From Trichosphaerium sp. ATCC 40318 (Eukaryota; Protista; Tubulinea), in NCBI GenBank assembly GCA_038496445.1, contig JALMLS010000483.1, positions 1 through 64,000 on the forward strand: a DNA stretch of 64,000 bases, read 5' to 3'. The position numbers and the translations under genes are program-made. A model generated the notes under the pieces. The model searched no databases. It saw nothing but the letters and a program-made list of their open reading frames with translations, and had not been told where the DNA came from. Below, piece after piece: positions 1-14,003 of this stretch (positions within the stretch are counted from its first letter, which is position 1; the number at the start of each line of letters is the position of its first letter).

Positions 1-13
1 ATAGTAGACTCTT

Positions 14-712
14 CTAGAGCAGGTTTGTACAGAGTTTGGTATTGATACAAACACGCCATTTAGGAATTTTTGTTTCACACAAAAAAGTTACATCAAATCT
101 GTTGTTCAAAGATGTTGTGTTATCGAATGTAGCATTGGATGAACAAAATCCAATATTTCTTTTTGATGATAGATTGATGGGTAATATTAGTTTCGTTGAC
201 ATCACAGTATACGATTCTCAGGATAGGTACATCATCTTTAGATTGACTTTAAATTCAAATAGCCAGCTTATTAAAACTGTTTTTGCTGATTTGTTGAAAG
301 GCATTTTTTCGTTGGCAATGTGTCAACAGTCGAAAATATCAGTGGAACTTTTACAGTTTATAATGAGGTAAACAATTATGGATGTATTCCTCAATGGAAC
401 TCAAAGACATTGACTAATATTACAATGAATGTGGATTGTAAAGCATAAGTCATAACAAAGAGTCAGCATAACGTTCTTCAAATAAATCAGTTAACTTTTT
501 AGTATTGGGTTAATTAGCTCCAAATTGCTTGTTGTTTAACAAATGTTCTATCTTGCGTACGTTAGTTGTTGGAGGAATCGTTGTTGGCACTTCTATCGGT
601 GGACTAGTTGTTGGTGGATTTGTCGTAGGTGAGACTGTCGGAGATAGTGTGTAGGTGAACTGGTTGTAGGTTGAAGTGTTGTAGGCGGTTCGGTTGGAGG
701 CCAGAGTTGACC
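14..712 (-). pseudogene. Decayed fragment of a Pro/Thr-rich (mucin-stalk) surface protein gene
   Basis: Minus strand 560-712 encodes PTT/SPT-type repeats with frameshifts. Downstream segments are interrupted by stops. May continue beyond the window start. Confidence 0.3.
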
Positions 713-1167
713 AGACTAACGATAAAAGTTAACTATTACCAAAAGTCAAAGCATATTGACTAAGGCGCAATATGCGCTGCCGTTAAAATGTCAATCAGAC
801 GTTTGATGATGTATACAACACGAGTCAACGTCGGTACAACCATTGAATAAAAACACGTGCAACCCTTTCAACTTTGCTTTCGTTACGCACTCACACTACA
901 TACCTAAAGCTGGATGTCAAACAACAAATTATACACTACACCGCATCGGTAAGCGCTATATTATTACCGGTACTGCTACACCTTTGGCAAACTTGCATGA
1001 TAGGGACTAGGTCCCCAAAGCCAAATTTATTTAATGTGAACACAGTACATTCCCTCATCAAAACTAGTAATCATCATTATATTGCCTGATCATAAAACCT
1101 CCTTGAAAATGAAAACAAATAACAAGCTAATATTGCTAACTTTGTAATTGACCATGGCAATAAGTTT

Positions 1168-1944
1168 TTAATTGACCGTTTTCACTCTACTTCTCCTAAT
1201 TTTACCAGCGCTATAATGTTCATGGCTCCATAGCTGTCCATTAAAAGACCAACGCTTGCACTCGCCATGATATTCTGCTTTCTTATAACTACAATGTAAC
1301 ATAATTTGTCCATTAGGATACCAACGCTTAAACTCTCCGTCACACAAGTTATGTACATAGTTACACTTGATCTTCAAGATACCAGTTTCATACCATGCAT
1401 TGTATTCTCCCTCGACCATGCCATTGACATAAGTGTAGAGACAAGACAATTTACCATTCTTGAAGTAAAACTTGTACACTCCATGTTCATTACCAGCGAC
1501 ATAGGCACTATGTTTCCTTATTGTCCCATCCCTATACATATTCTTAAATTCCCCATCTAGTTTACCATCTTTATAATTACATTGTGATTGTAATTCACCA
1601 GTATTGTACCAACTCTTGTAGACTCCATGTCGTTTACCATTATTCCAAAACAATTGGCAAATTTTATTGTTTTCGCGTCTTAGTTTCTTTATCCATTTGC
1701 CATGTTTCTTCAGTTCTATAGTAAACCTCGTTGATGTAGCCCCGCGTTTTGATAAGAGAGGCCACTTTACATACACTTCATAGTCTAAATCGACAATATC
1801 AAGCTGTAACTCGACAGGAAGATGTAGGATGTTAAAACCATCTGATTTTTTGTCAGTTACTGTTTTGCCAATACCACTAGATATATTTCTTATGTTTCTC
1901 ATTGTTATAACTCTATGGAAAGGTACTAATGGTAGCGTACTCAA
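1168..1944 (-). CDS. MORN-variant repeat protein with N-terminal F-box-like motif, intronless
   Basis: About 6 repeats of the type HGxYKxWYxNGxLxxxCxYxxGxxxG, preceded by ILHLPVELQLDIV. First ATG is near 1902. Confidence 0.85.
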   Translation of the reverse strand: MSTLPLVPFHRVITMRNIRNISSGIGKTVTDKKSDGFNILHLPVELQLDIVDLDYEVYVKWPLLSKRGATSTRFTIELKKHGKWIKKLRRENNKICQLFWNNGKRHGVYKSWYNTGELQSQCNYKDGKLDGEFKNMYRDGTIRKHSAYVAGNEHGVYKFYFKNGKLSCLYTYVNGMVEGEYNAWYETGILKIKCNYVHNLCDGEFKRWYPNGQIMLHCSYKKAEYHGECKRWSFNGQLWSHEHYSAGKIRRSRVKTVN

Positions 1945-2305
1945 TTTAACGTCTTTGTGTTTTGACCGTCCTTTACTTTGCGAGATCAGAGTTCATAAAA
2001 ACACGTGTGGTATTTTGGATAGTTGCCGTGTTTTGTTTCAGGCTTGAACCGCTACTTCATTGCTCTTTAACACGGAAACTTGATACATAACGGACTCTAA
2101 TATATGATAGGAACTAGAGCGATTTTTAGCAAGCAGTTCCTTTTAAAAAATTCACTGAATGCTCAACAACAACAAAAGCAATTTTTTTTAAATTCCTTAT
2201 GATAGTCTGTCTATTACGTGTCCCAAAGTTGGGACCTTTCTTGTGATATCTTATAGGCCTATAGGTGTTGCATAACAACTTAGCATCACTTTTTTACCAT
2301 TTTTT

Positions 2306-2953
2306 TTAATACCAACAATATGTGTCATCACCAACATTCAGAGAGTCAAAAACCTCGTCATCTTTGTAAATGAATGCCTTTTGTACTTTAACATTAGTGT
2401 TTTGGCTATTATTATACTTCTCATCCACTACAAAGAAAAAAAGGTACAAAAAATCAGTTTTGTTTTTCAATATCCTGTGTAGTCCTCTTTGGAAAACGTA
2501 GGACCCTCGCCGGAACAATGAGCGGTTATTTAGTAGGCACCCAATTACCATCTGCATCTACCAAGCATACGCTTTGGCTGGACTATAGGACAATCTCTTC
2601 TGATGATATGTCAGATGTTAAATAAGACCAACTCATTCTTGCAAGGTGCATCCTCCAAAAAAAAAGCACCACGTTCCTTTGCGTTGTTAGAACGTGCAAC
2701 TACAATAAGGAGAAATAGAAACCTTTACTACACAGGTTTGTTGAAATGTCAAATCAACCGTTATCGCCTGTATCTTGTAAGTACACCAGATGTTATTGCG
2801 CAAAGACCCTTTGTGAAGTATTTTGAGGTCTCCGTGTTTTGCCAGGGAGCTGTATCTACTTTTATACAAATACCCGTTTATAGAAGCGTCATAAAATCGT
2901 CTCTTCGCTAAAGCGACCATAATGCGAGCGAGATGTAGTTTAGGAGGATGCAT
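2306..2953 (-). pseudogene. Possible decayed gene of unknown family
   Basis: Coding-like stretches (VCLVDADGNWVPTK*PLIVPARVLRF; VDEKYNN...DDTYCWY) broken by stops. Confidence 0.2.
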
Positions 2954-3765
2954 CTATAAAAACTATCTTGGGTAACTTCTCAAAGAGGCTGCCAAAACGA
3001 GTCTACATGATTTCTACAAGGTGGCCATAGCGTGATTGACGATAAGTCAAAGGATAATTAAAACGAATCAACTTGTATAGCTAGCACGTGTTAGCTACAT
3101 ATGAATAAACTACCAAGTACGTTGCATGAATGCGTGTCGTGAATTCACTACACAGAGACGTACGCTATTGAAGTATGAACTACTTTGACTTATATCGATT
3201 GTATTTTGTTGTGACAACGACTTCGTAATGAACAGGTTATCCAGGACTGGCGCTAGGGGTATAACCAGTCGAAAGCGAACTAGTTTGCGACAAAAAACAA
3301 GGTGTACACCAAACAAAGCGTCAAAACCTCAAATAGCTAAAGTTACCAAACCTGCAAGCGGTTTTAATTGGAATACAGGCAATTGGAAGTGGCAAACGCC
3401 ACAAACAGTCGCTTTACCAAAGTACGCACTAAAATAACCAATTACCTAATATATATAGCGCGCGAGTACTCGTTGCTGGCCGTAGTGGATTTATGAGCTT
3501 ATGTTTAATGTTTGCAACTTGGATGGCTCTTTTTATTGGTATGTACTACCACACGCGCTGTTATGTAATTTATATGCGTAGATCCCATTTAGTAGCGTGT
3601 CAGAGGCAGAAAACAGTCAAAGAAAATGAAATCGCTTGCGTTGTGGCCTACTAGATAACAGTCGTAATGGCAAGACATGTAACACAATAATTTTGTATAG
3701 AACAAGCATAAAAAAAACCTGAATGAATTTTGTTGAAATGCGTTATTCTCTTTTTAAAAGACAAC

Positions 3766-5140
3766 ATGCTTGCTCTACGGGCAAGAGGTGTAGTAGCCCG
3801 AAGCACGTACACCGCAAAGCGTACTCTAAACCACAAACAACGCGTTCGTACAATAATCAATGGCGAAAGGCTGAAAGGCGACACAGTTGAAGTAATAAAC
3901 CCAGGACCAAAGTTGGTAGAGATTCCAGACGATTATGCTGCTAAACAGCTTCAACTCGATTGTCAAGAAATAACTAAGGCGTGGTTCCCAATAGACACCA
4001 TGCGCTCGGTCGGTGAGGGCATTAAAGACCTAAAAATGAAGAAACGATGGGACAACGCTTGTAAACTCGCAGAACTTGAAACCAAACAAAAAGCGATGGA
4101 AATGTACAGGTTCGTAGCAATTATAAGCAAAAAGGCTTGAAATCAAAAACAAGCGATGTAAAACACTCAAATATAACGTATACACAAGGGACATGAGGAA
4201 ACTTGAGCTACCAAAAGAAGAGCGGGCAGATATTCATCCAAACCAAGATTTTAAGAGCTGGAGTGAGGTTTTACACGCGTTTTTGAAAGTGTTTTCACGT
4301 TCTAAAAACTATGACGAAAGAGACGAGGTACATCAAGTCATTTTCTAACCTTATTACCCATTTAACTGTATTCTAAACGCGTAAAATAGGATGCAGCTCT
4401 TGGTGCTGGATGGGTTATTTCACCAACAATCGATAAAGAGTACCTTGAACCTCTACACCATTGGACAGAACAAGATGAAATTATGTTACTCTTCCAACAA
4501 GACACAGAGTATGTGTCAAACTCGTGACATTATTTTTGCACCTTTTTCTCAACAACAACGCGTTTTAGACGCCACTGCAACCATTACAAACGCTTTTCTT
4601 TTTGAATTCGACATCACAAACACTTATTCCTGTTTGCTTGTCGTCAAATTACTTACCACGGTTTAGGCCACATCCAGACCAACCTGCAAAGAACATTACT
4701 TATGGTAAAATCGCTGTAATCAATTTCTACGAGCGCATTATGATTTTGCGTGCTATCGCTCATTCTGAGCGTTCGACAATTAAAGAAAGACGAAAAGAGC
4801 ACGCCTTGAGAAAAAGCCAGAATTTCCAGAAGACATTTTAGACCGATTTCCAGAACAACGAGCATCAGAGGAGCTTGATGCTACAGTTTATGGTCAAAGA
4901 CACAGAGTAATCGATATTCCACCTAATTGGCTACTTGCTTTCAAAAAACAACTGTGGCCTAACTGCCACTCTACTTTTGACGAAACAGAGTCTCTCTACA
5001 CTTTTATTAAACAAAGGTCTGATGGTCCTGTTGGTGTTTCATCATGGAAGGCAGATATTGTTGATGTCTATGATAAGGATCAACCTACTTTAAAAGCAAA
5101 GGATGTTTTAAAGCAAATGCCTCCACAATAAGGAGCACGT
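3766..5140 (+). CDS. Multi-exon hypothetical protein with mitochondrial-type presequence
   Basis: Starts MLALRARGVVARS (Arg-rich, acid-free). GT-AG introns near 4110, 4328 and 4510 join open exons. Ends KQMPPQ*. Confidence 0.65.
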
Positions 5141-5471
5141 AAACGGAAAAAAAAAAATAAAATATCTCAAAATTGTAACTTTCTCGTCTACTCTTTGCAT
5201 TTGTGGGCTTGCACGCGTATGATTCTAAGCTTGCGACATGCGGAGCAGAGTTGCTGCGATTGACTTGTTTTTCCTGAATTGTCGGCCATTTAAAATGCCC
5301 CAAATGTACTCATTGCTGATATCTAGTGAAGCGTTTAGGACGCGTTTGGAGTGAAAATGAGCTCTTTTAAGTTTCACCGTTAAGCAATTGTTAATTAGCA
5401 AGTAATTTTTGGGGTTGTGAAGCGTATAACTGGGTGTGGACTTAATTGAAGTCGTGGTCAGCCACCAGGAA

Positions 5472-8173
5472 ATGAAACGCAGTCAAGAAAATGCTGTAGG
5501 ACAGAAGAAGGCCAAGAGACAGCGTACTAGTACCGCAAAGAGAGCATGTGTATTATGTAGAGCTAAACATCAAAAATGTGACGGAGACTTTCCCTGTGGT
5601 CGTTGCAAGAAAGGTAATCGTCAATGCGCATATCCAGCACCAAAAAAACGTGGACCTATTCAAGGTAATTGTTAACATCAATTACAAAACGTTCAACGCT
5701 TATTAGGGCGTAGAAATGCACTCACACAAGAGCTCAGTGCTGTCAAATGTCAACTTGAACAACAAAAAGCTGAAATAAATCACTGGAGAGCCATGTATGA
5801 GCGTGCTACGCGATCACAGGTAATAAAAGAATCCGTCAATTATTCCTCGGACCGTTTAGATGAAAATCAGTATTTTCTCCTATTTTACGAACTCACTGGT
5901 TTACAGGCAACTTTATGGAAGCTGTCATCACACCTTGGCTTGTCATCAAGTATTTCAACGTATTTATCATCATACAAAGATTATTTATACCCTTGGACGG
6001 TACGTACAAATGTTTCATTGTCAGATCATTTTTTTGGGTAAAAACAACACGTGGGTGTTTTTGTGAAGCTTAAAAAATGTTTCAAGGGTATACCGTTGCA
6101 TAATTGGACTGCGAATAATGTATTAGATGTATTCAGGGAGAATACAAGTACGATAGTTTAGGCTAAGAAAACGGCGTTATTTTTCGTAAAATATCAAGAA
6201 TGATTGCTAAAAAAACTCCTAAAGCATGGACTGCCGATCCACGTATGTTAGAGATACTTGGTATACTAGCTCTGGGGTCTAATATAAATGGTATTGATGG
6301 ACATACAGATCATTTCAACCAAATGGCGAGGCAGGTTTTACGTAACTTGTATGATACAAGACACCCTTGTGTAGCAGGTGCATAAATTGTTTTCAATGTG
6401 CACTGAGTGACTTTTAATCTAGCTGGTTTGATACTTCTTGCAACACAACAATTTAGCTACGGTGATTTTGCTCTAGGTTCATATTACGTTACAATGGCGA
6501 ACCGTAAGTAACTTTTGTTGGGTCAGTAAATATTCATTTTTTTAGAAATGTTGATGACACTCTTGTCAAGAAGAGGTTGTGATGAACAACAAAGAAAATA
6601 TTTGCTCCTACTCAAGAGACAAGTTTCTTTATACCTAGCTGATGTAGCAAGCTCAAGGTCCAATCCTATTTTTTAAAGCATTAATGCTTTGCGTTCGAAG
6701 TTTAACCAGAAATTGAACTGACTGTAGTTTATACAGAGAGCACTCTATGCAATTGTTTATTGAGGTCAACAATGAAACTGATCCAATGCTTAAGCAAGCA
6801 CGGTTTAATGATATGGATTCCGCCCAAGCAATACAGATAATGTGGGCTGCAGTTGGAAAGGTAACACTCATAATTTTTTTGTTGTTATAGTACTACAATA
6901 TTTAATTTCTTTTCAAAAGGTTTGGCTAAAGATATCACAACCTGTATTCATGGCACAACTTTGGGGCCTAGAAAACCTCAAAATGCGTACACTGGTACTC
7001 AATAATGAGTCAAGTTTTTTTCTGTTTATCGTCTTGTTGATCTTTATTAGACAGCTTCAGAGTATGCACAAGATATGACAAGACTTCAAGAGATACAAGA
7101 TTTTGCGAATATAACATTTAAAGATGAATGTCAAATGCTAAAAAATAGTGTTAAAGTAATGATTTGTTCTGTGAAGTCTGTTGTTCACTTTGCTGGAAAC
7201 AACCTTCAACGAGCAATAGAGGTAACCTCTTTTTTTTCTTTTATTATTATTCAGTCCGAAAATCACGTGACAGTACTTTTTTTGTACTTACTAACGTATC
7301 TTTGTTTAAAAGGAAGCAAAAGCGATTTGGCAAGATTTTAAAAACGATTGGTTGATGCAAAAGTACTTTCCTGGTGCTTTATGCTCTTTACATGATAACT
7401 GCTTTATTGCTATTTATGCAGGCGACGTTCAATTTTTTGAGGAGGTACCACCATAGCAAGCAGAAAGCGAATTTTTTCTACTTTTTTGTAATTTTTTTTG
7501 CTAACATTTTTCCTCTGTAGTGTATGCTGTACTATATTAATTTCGCGAAAACGTGGCCCATAGCAAATATGGTAATTAAGTACGTAATTAAAAGATTTTT
7601 CTTTTGACAGACGTTTGTCAGAAGTTATCGTTTTAATTTATTGTTCGCTAATAATGTTATTAAGGGCACTACTGAAGCAAGCAAAGTCTGTTTCACTTCC
7701 TTACAGCTCTACTCTTGATCCAATAATTGATGCACTGGAAGATACTCAATGGCCTTGTTTCTCTAATATGAAGAAAGAACAGCACAACGAGACGTATGTT
7801 ATTTGATAACGATGTTTAACGAGTTCCAAAAAACCCTGACACATACCTCTAGAGATGGCGAGGTAGAGTTTTTACCTCTACCTGATAACACATATAATCT
7901 TGACGCATTTAATAATGGTGTACTACAGCGTAAGGCTATATTCTAACTTCAAAAACAAAAAAGAATCAAAAATGTACTGACGATCTTTTTTTTGTAGTGC
8001 CGGTAAGTGACGACATCTTGACGCTACCTCCTCAACAGATGCCTGAAACGCTAAGCCCTGGTTTGGATATGAGTGATATAGTACTCGAAACACCTTCTCC
8101 GAACAGCATGTTCAGTCCAGTAGCGAGTGATGAAACTAATCCATTTTTTAATGATCAAATGTTTGTATTGTAG
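5472..8173 (+). CDS. Zn(II)2Cys6 binuclear-cluster transcription factor
   Basis: ACVLCRAKHQKCDGDFPCGRCKKGNRQC, then KKRGP, a coiled coil, a helical middle region and an acidic C-terminus. More than 10 introns. Confidence 0.9.
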
Positions 8174-8791
8174 CCCAAAAAAAGAGAAAGATCTTTTTCA
8201 AAAAAAAGGCAAACAGGCCTGCCATTGTATATAAATGACCTTAAAACTGCGTGGGGCGTATTTTAAGTTTTAAATGCTCAACGTAGATTGGTGTCACAAG
8301 ATAATGACAACGTGTCATACTAATGATTCAACGCGTACCAAGACAGTAACAGCGTTTGTGGTACTATTAGTAACCTCAAAAGTAGTAGAAGTATCAAGCC
8401 TTCTATGGAAACCGTGGTAAAACGACCTATCGTGAGGCATTCAACTTTTGATCAAACAAAACACAATGGAAGTGTGTACACTTCAGTCTAGTTTACGAAC
8501 CGTAGAATCTCAACCCAGGCGCGTAACTTGATGTACCACTCAATACCGCAGCGTGGTTTTCAAAACGTGACCGCACACAAATAAATCGACCGCAAGTGAG
8601 CCACAACCCTTCGTACGAGTTCTGGTTGTATAGAAACATACACGCGAACCTTATGCGCTACGGTAGAGGCCACCACTGAGTGATTTTACACATTCAATAT
8701 AGGTCCTCTGGTAGAAAGTTGCATATTATGGCAGCAAATTCCAGTATTCAAAGCGCACAAGTCGGTTAGACGCATGCTAGTGTAGCGAAAC

Positions 8792-11700
8792 ATGACAACT
8801 GACAACTTTGATGACTTTGTAGAGGGTCTACTACGCGATCAACCTAATTTTAAATTGGCAAAACAAATTTGCTTTTCCGAGCTTACAACCGACTTTTATG
8901 ATGATCACGTTGTGCGACGAGGAGAACCGCTTGTAGTAACGGGCGTAATGGAAAATTGGGCGCAAACCGAAATGTTCTCAATAGAGTGGCTGCGAGCTAA
9001 CTGGGGCGACACTGAGTTGGTCAATTCACCACGGGACGTTAACACACTGGAAGACCTAAAAGGCTGGAATTTGGAACGCTTCATACGCTATTTGACAGGG
9101 TAAGCGTCTCTAGGGACACTCACGCGCGTGAAGAAAGTACTCATGATGTTTAGGGAAGACGAGGACGACAGAGAACTGTATGGTAAGTCCGCACTTCTTA
9201 CACGCACTGTACGCCAGTAAAATCAATCTACGTTGTAGGTAAAGACATCGCTTGCGCTCCTCAATGGAAAGAATACTTCTCTGAGGTTTTACAAGATTAT
9301 TTTTGTTATCAACCAAACGACCTCGTCTCTTGCTTAGATCCGTGCGTATACCCATGAGCGCCTTTATGTATCACTAACACTCCTTCCCAGCGAATTGCAG
9401 CCGTTAACCCTGATGACGTATATTGGCAAACAGTACGTTTTATTTGTAGTTTAGCGCTTGTTTATCATTGTAAAACAATGTGGAAAAAACGTAAAAAAAA
9501 ATGGTGCCACAGGAAATTTCTTTTATTCAGCACTTAGCACAACGCTTGCTTTTGGGCGTTTAGTACCAAAAATGAGCGCGTTGAGAAACTGTACTGTTTT
9601 CTATTTTTTTGTTGTACAAAAGGGCGCAAAAAGCCTACATAAAGTCTTTTATCAACCTCGCGATCGTAAACGTTACGCGAGGAATGAGCGACTTGACCAT
9701 TGAAGCGAGAAAATAGCACGTTTCGTAATTTCTCAAAAAATGCACAATTCCGACCTTTCTGAGCGTATCAACCTCTTACAAACATTCAAAGCGCCTAAAC
9801 AACAAAAAACGCTCCTTTTTTTACGTACTGGTTTTTTTTTGCTAACACACGCATAGACTCACTTACACGCCCGGTCATACAGATGTGATGGGTTCATTAG
9901 GCCATAATTTGTTGCTGTCAGGCGAAGAGGGCGCACATGCGTACTGGTTTATGATGAAATCAGGTGATGTAGAAAAAGCGTCGCAATTGTGGAGAGAAAA
10001 CAAAGGGCCGCTCTCCCATGATCTTCACTGGCTTCCTCCAGAATTTTTTGTTGGATGTGGCTTTGATGTGCTGGTTGTGAAGCAAAACATTGGCGATTTG
10101 GTGTTTGTACCACCGCAAGGCGTTCACCAGGTTATCAATAGGGTACGAGCGAATTTAGAAAGTCAAAGACGTTTTCTGAAAAAAAAATAATTAAAACGTT
10201 GTTTTGCTTTGAATTGCAGTTTTGAGCTTAATCCGAATCACGGCGTATGAAGTTGATTGACTTATGGTTGTGTAGGGAGGATTTAGTGTTAAAGTCGCAT
10301 GGAACCGACTTACTACAGATGCTATTGCGAAGACATATCGGACTGTGTTACCTAAGTACCGTCAACTGTGCAAGAATGAAGTGTATCGCGTAAAAGCGAT
10401 AATCTACTATGCTGTGCGCGACTCTCATAAAAAACTGACGTCTACATGTCCTAAAGAACGACATCAAGCAATGTATAGATTAAAGACGTTACTACCTTTG
10501 GTACGTTCACATTTTGGCAAATCTACAATTTTGTTTTGTTGAGATCGCATACAAATCCTTTATTTTGGTTTGTACTGTTACTTGCTTACCTTTTTAATGT
10601 GTTTGTAGTTGGAAGATTTTATTTTTGATGACACTGTATCTCCTTCTGCCATGGCTCGCTGGCGTGAGAAGAGCTTGACCATTCAAACATGGGATTCGTC
10701 AAAAGGCGAGCTGAAACACGTACGTTTTGAATTATTTTTGCTTTTGTGTAGTTACCCACGTCACTACGCGTTCGTATTTATTTCCTATTGACTAAGTTTT
10801 TATTAGTCTCGAGTGTGCGATTTGTGTGGTGCTGATATTTGGAATAGAAGTTACCATTGCTGGACGTGTAATGGTGGAGACCTTGATATATGCTTGCATT
10901 GTATTGCAGAAGGGCGTGGGTGTATCCACAATGATGCGTTAGCGTTAACTGAATACATTCCACTGGAAGCTTGCAAGGCATTTGCTGAGCGTGTTAGAAC
11001 GGATTACAATGATGCATTGATACAAGAAAAGATGCCAAAGGAGTACAGGATGTTAAAAGCGGTCAACAAAAAACGTCAACAAGGTGATGTTTCTACAGCG
11101 ACTGTGGCGTATAATATCATTCAAGCACATAAAACGGTACGTGTACTTTTGTTGGTTTTCGAGCATTTGATTTGTTTATGCTGTTTTTCAGGGTGGTACA
11201 AGCCACTGTCATCAATGTAAGAGACAGAAGCCATTGTATTGGATCGCAGAATGTTCAAAATGCACATTGTTGTATTGTGTACCTTGTTTATGGAATCGTT
11301 ACGCAATGAACCAATTAGACACAATGCGTAAACCAAAATGGCAGGCGCGTACACTCACTCTACAAAACCTCGCAAATAATTTTAAGTTTACTGTTTTGTT
11401 TCTTGCTCATATTCTGTTATTAGTGTCCCAAGTGCGATGGTAACTGTAATTGTGCGGCGTGTTTACGTAGTCATGGACAGGAACCAAAAACGTTCAATCT
11501 CAAGATAGAACACCCTCCTACTCTTGTGAATAGGACGTCAGTGTTGCCTAGGGCATTTACAAGTGGGGATGCATTGGCTTCAGTTTGCGATGTTGGTCCT
11601 AGATACCGTGGAGGTCAACTAAAAACCCTTCTTACACAACGAAAATCAACGTACAGCTTTGCAACTAGTATTGGTTATCACGTAAACAGACAACCGCGTA

Positions 11701-14003
11701 GACCCAAAAAGATAACGAAAACGCCCGAAACAACGGCAGAACATGTTCCAAAGCCTATTAAGAAGCGTAAAGTCAGCACTGAAGGAGGTGGAATAGCTTG
11801 GGACTTTAGGGAGTATAAAAGACCAAAGTTGGCTCCTGGTTCTTCTGACCTAAGGCAAAACTCGCCTCAAAGGCAAGTAGGGGATATGGTTGAACTTGCT
11901 GAAGTAGCTACAAACCTTGCTATGCGTGAGAAAAGCCCACAAACAACAGTACGTTCATAACAAAGGAAAACTGGTTAACTTGTTCGGTTTTTTAATGATG
12001 CTTTTTTAGAACCCTGCGGCTATTAATGATCCTATGGAACGTATAATAATGGAGTTATCACGTATGAAGTCATCAAGGAATGGAGAGATAAATCAAGCAA
12101 CTGAGGAGTATCATTCAAGCGACAGTGCTCCGATGGATAAGTCTACTTCATCAGCAACTGATGATAACCTCTATGATCCTCACTCACATGAGGAATATGC
12201 TGAGGATACACCAGAACAAATTGCTGCAAAGGCTTTAATGTGTCAAGCTGATTATCATCCTTCTCCTGCGAAGAAGAAGAAGAAAAACAAAAAAGAATCA
12301 AAATCTCAAGTCAAAAAAAGGTCCGACTCTTTGATCATAAAGTCAGAACGAGTCAAAACACGTGGTGTTTTGAAAAGACATGAAGAAAATACTTTATCAC
12401 ATAGCCCTCCAGAAGCAGCTTATATACCTCCAAGACGTTCAAAGAAGCCTAAACGTGTTTCTTCATCAACACATATGTATCAAGAACAAAGAACTCAAGA
12501 TGACAACTCCAAGTCATCTCCAACACGAAGTAATCGTTATGCTATGCGTGAGAGAACTAGAAATGCTAGTGCTGTTATACAAGAAGTAAACTCTGATACA
12601 AAGGATACATTGAATCAGTATGATAACCCTGATGATTATAAACCGAAGAGAGCTAGACCAAAACGTTGGAGAAAGATTGGATACGCTGAAGGTCTTAAAG
12701 ATTTTTTATTCACAAACGAGAACGAGCAATTATTGGAGTTGTCCATGGGTAATAGAAGGACAACAAGAGCTATGGCTGCTACTGTTGGTAGTGGTAAAAG
12801 AAAACTACCTTTCAGCTATGAACAGAGTTCTGGAGTGAAGCAGAAGGGCCAAGATAGAGCTGGTGTACCATCAAAGAGAGCAAAGACTCAATCGAGCTCT
12901 GTAACGCCTCAACGATACGTTGCTAAGCGACAAGTGACTTCAGGTACGTTTTTTTGACTGTAAAAGCGTAATTGTTTTGTTAATGAGTTTAGGGTCAACA
13001 ACAGCTGCTCATACGCCAAGCACTACGCAGATAAAAGTGGAGAAGCCTGAACCTAAGGTTAAATCAAAGCCGAAACTACCGATAAAGAAAACTGCTATCA
13101 AAGAAACATCCCCAAAGATACCAAAACCGAAGGTTACTAAAAAAGAACGACGTGTTGTGGCGGTTGAGGATAATGTTGATTCAGACGATGATTCATTAGA
13201 AGAATTACGAGCTAAAGTAGGCGGTAGACGAAGGTCTGCACTAATACAAGGTATGAAACGAGTGCATATACAGTTACAAGGTTGTTTACTTACTTTGTTA
13301 TAGATATTGAGATTGATGTTGTCACAATGAAAGATACTATTCCTTATCTTCCATTTAATAATCCTTCTGAACCAACAAAGTTGGTACAGTCGAGGAGACG
13401 TGGTGGAAGGGGAAGAAGTGATAAAGATGCGTGTAGTATTGAGAAATTTGCCAAACTTGCAGTGACACATCAACATCGTTTGAAACAGTTGAACCAGCTT
13501 TCGCAGTATGTTTATTCTCTTGGTTGGTGTAAGGCCTCTGTACGTCTCTTTGTACTCTAGTAAGCGTACTAATACTTTATTTATAGAATTGGAATACACC
13601 TTGGCCCTGTGCTGTTATTGAACAGACGGAGACTCTTGTTCAAGTAATGTACTTGAATGACTCTTCTTTGTACGTTTATTTTTTTTGGGTTGTTTTTTAG
13701 CATATCTTCCATCACGTGATTATGATACTTATGCCTGAGGTAGGGAATGGAAGTCAATAAAGGATGTTACACCATTAACAAAGAATTTTCATAAACACAT
13801 GAAGCGTGGAGAGAAGGAGTCCAATTTTTTACAAGCAGTACGTTTAACTTATTTTTTTTTGACACATTTTGACACATTGTTTTTCTTATTTTTTTCCTAA
13901 CATTTGCTTGTAGGTATATGATGCGTATGCTATAGCTAGAAAATGGGCAGAGTCAAACGGTATGGCTGCTCTACGAGTCCCTCACTCTGCAGACGTTTAT
14001 TGA
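8792..14003 (+). CDS. JmjC-domain chromatin protein (putative histone demethylase) with Cys-rich zinc fingers (incl. zf-4CXXC_R1-like) and C-terminal PWWP/Tudor-like domain
   Basis: GEPLVV..W, LYGKD, TPGHTD (HxD), QNIGDLVFVPPQGVHQVIN, VKVAWN. Zinc fingers: CDLC..C..C..CLHC and CHQC..CSKC..YCVPCLWNRY..WQCPKCDGNCNCAAC. C-terminal YTPWPCAVI. Confidence 0.88.

Noticed and set aside
3228-3437. 69-aa basic ORF as a small gene
   Set aside because: No recognisable motif or other support; could be real but cannot be supported from sequence alone.
9560-9600. AAAATGAGCGCGTT shared with about 23926-23940, possible MITE
   Set aside because: The match is too short and I could not define convincing TIRs or TSDs.
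13009-13599. 196-aa minus-strand ORF and similar antisense ORFs (e.g. 38686-39237, 14652-14876, 29126-29335)
   Set aside because: They are shadows of real genes or repeats on the opposite strand.
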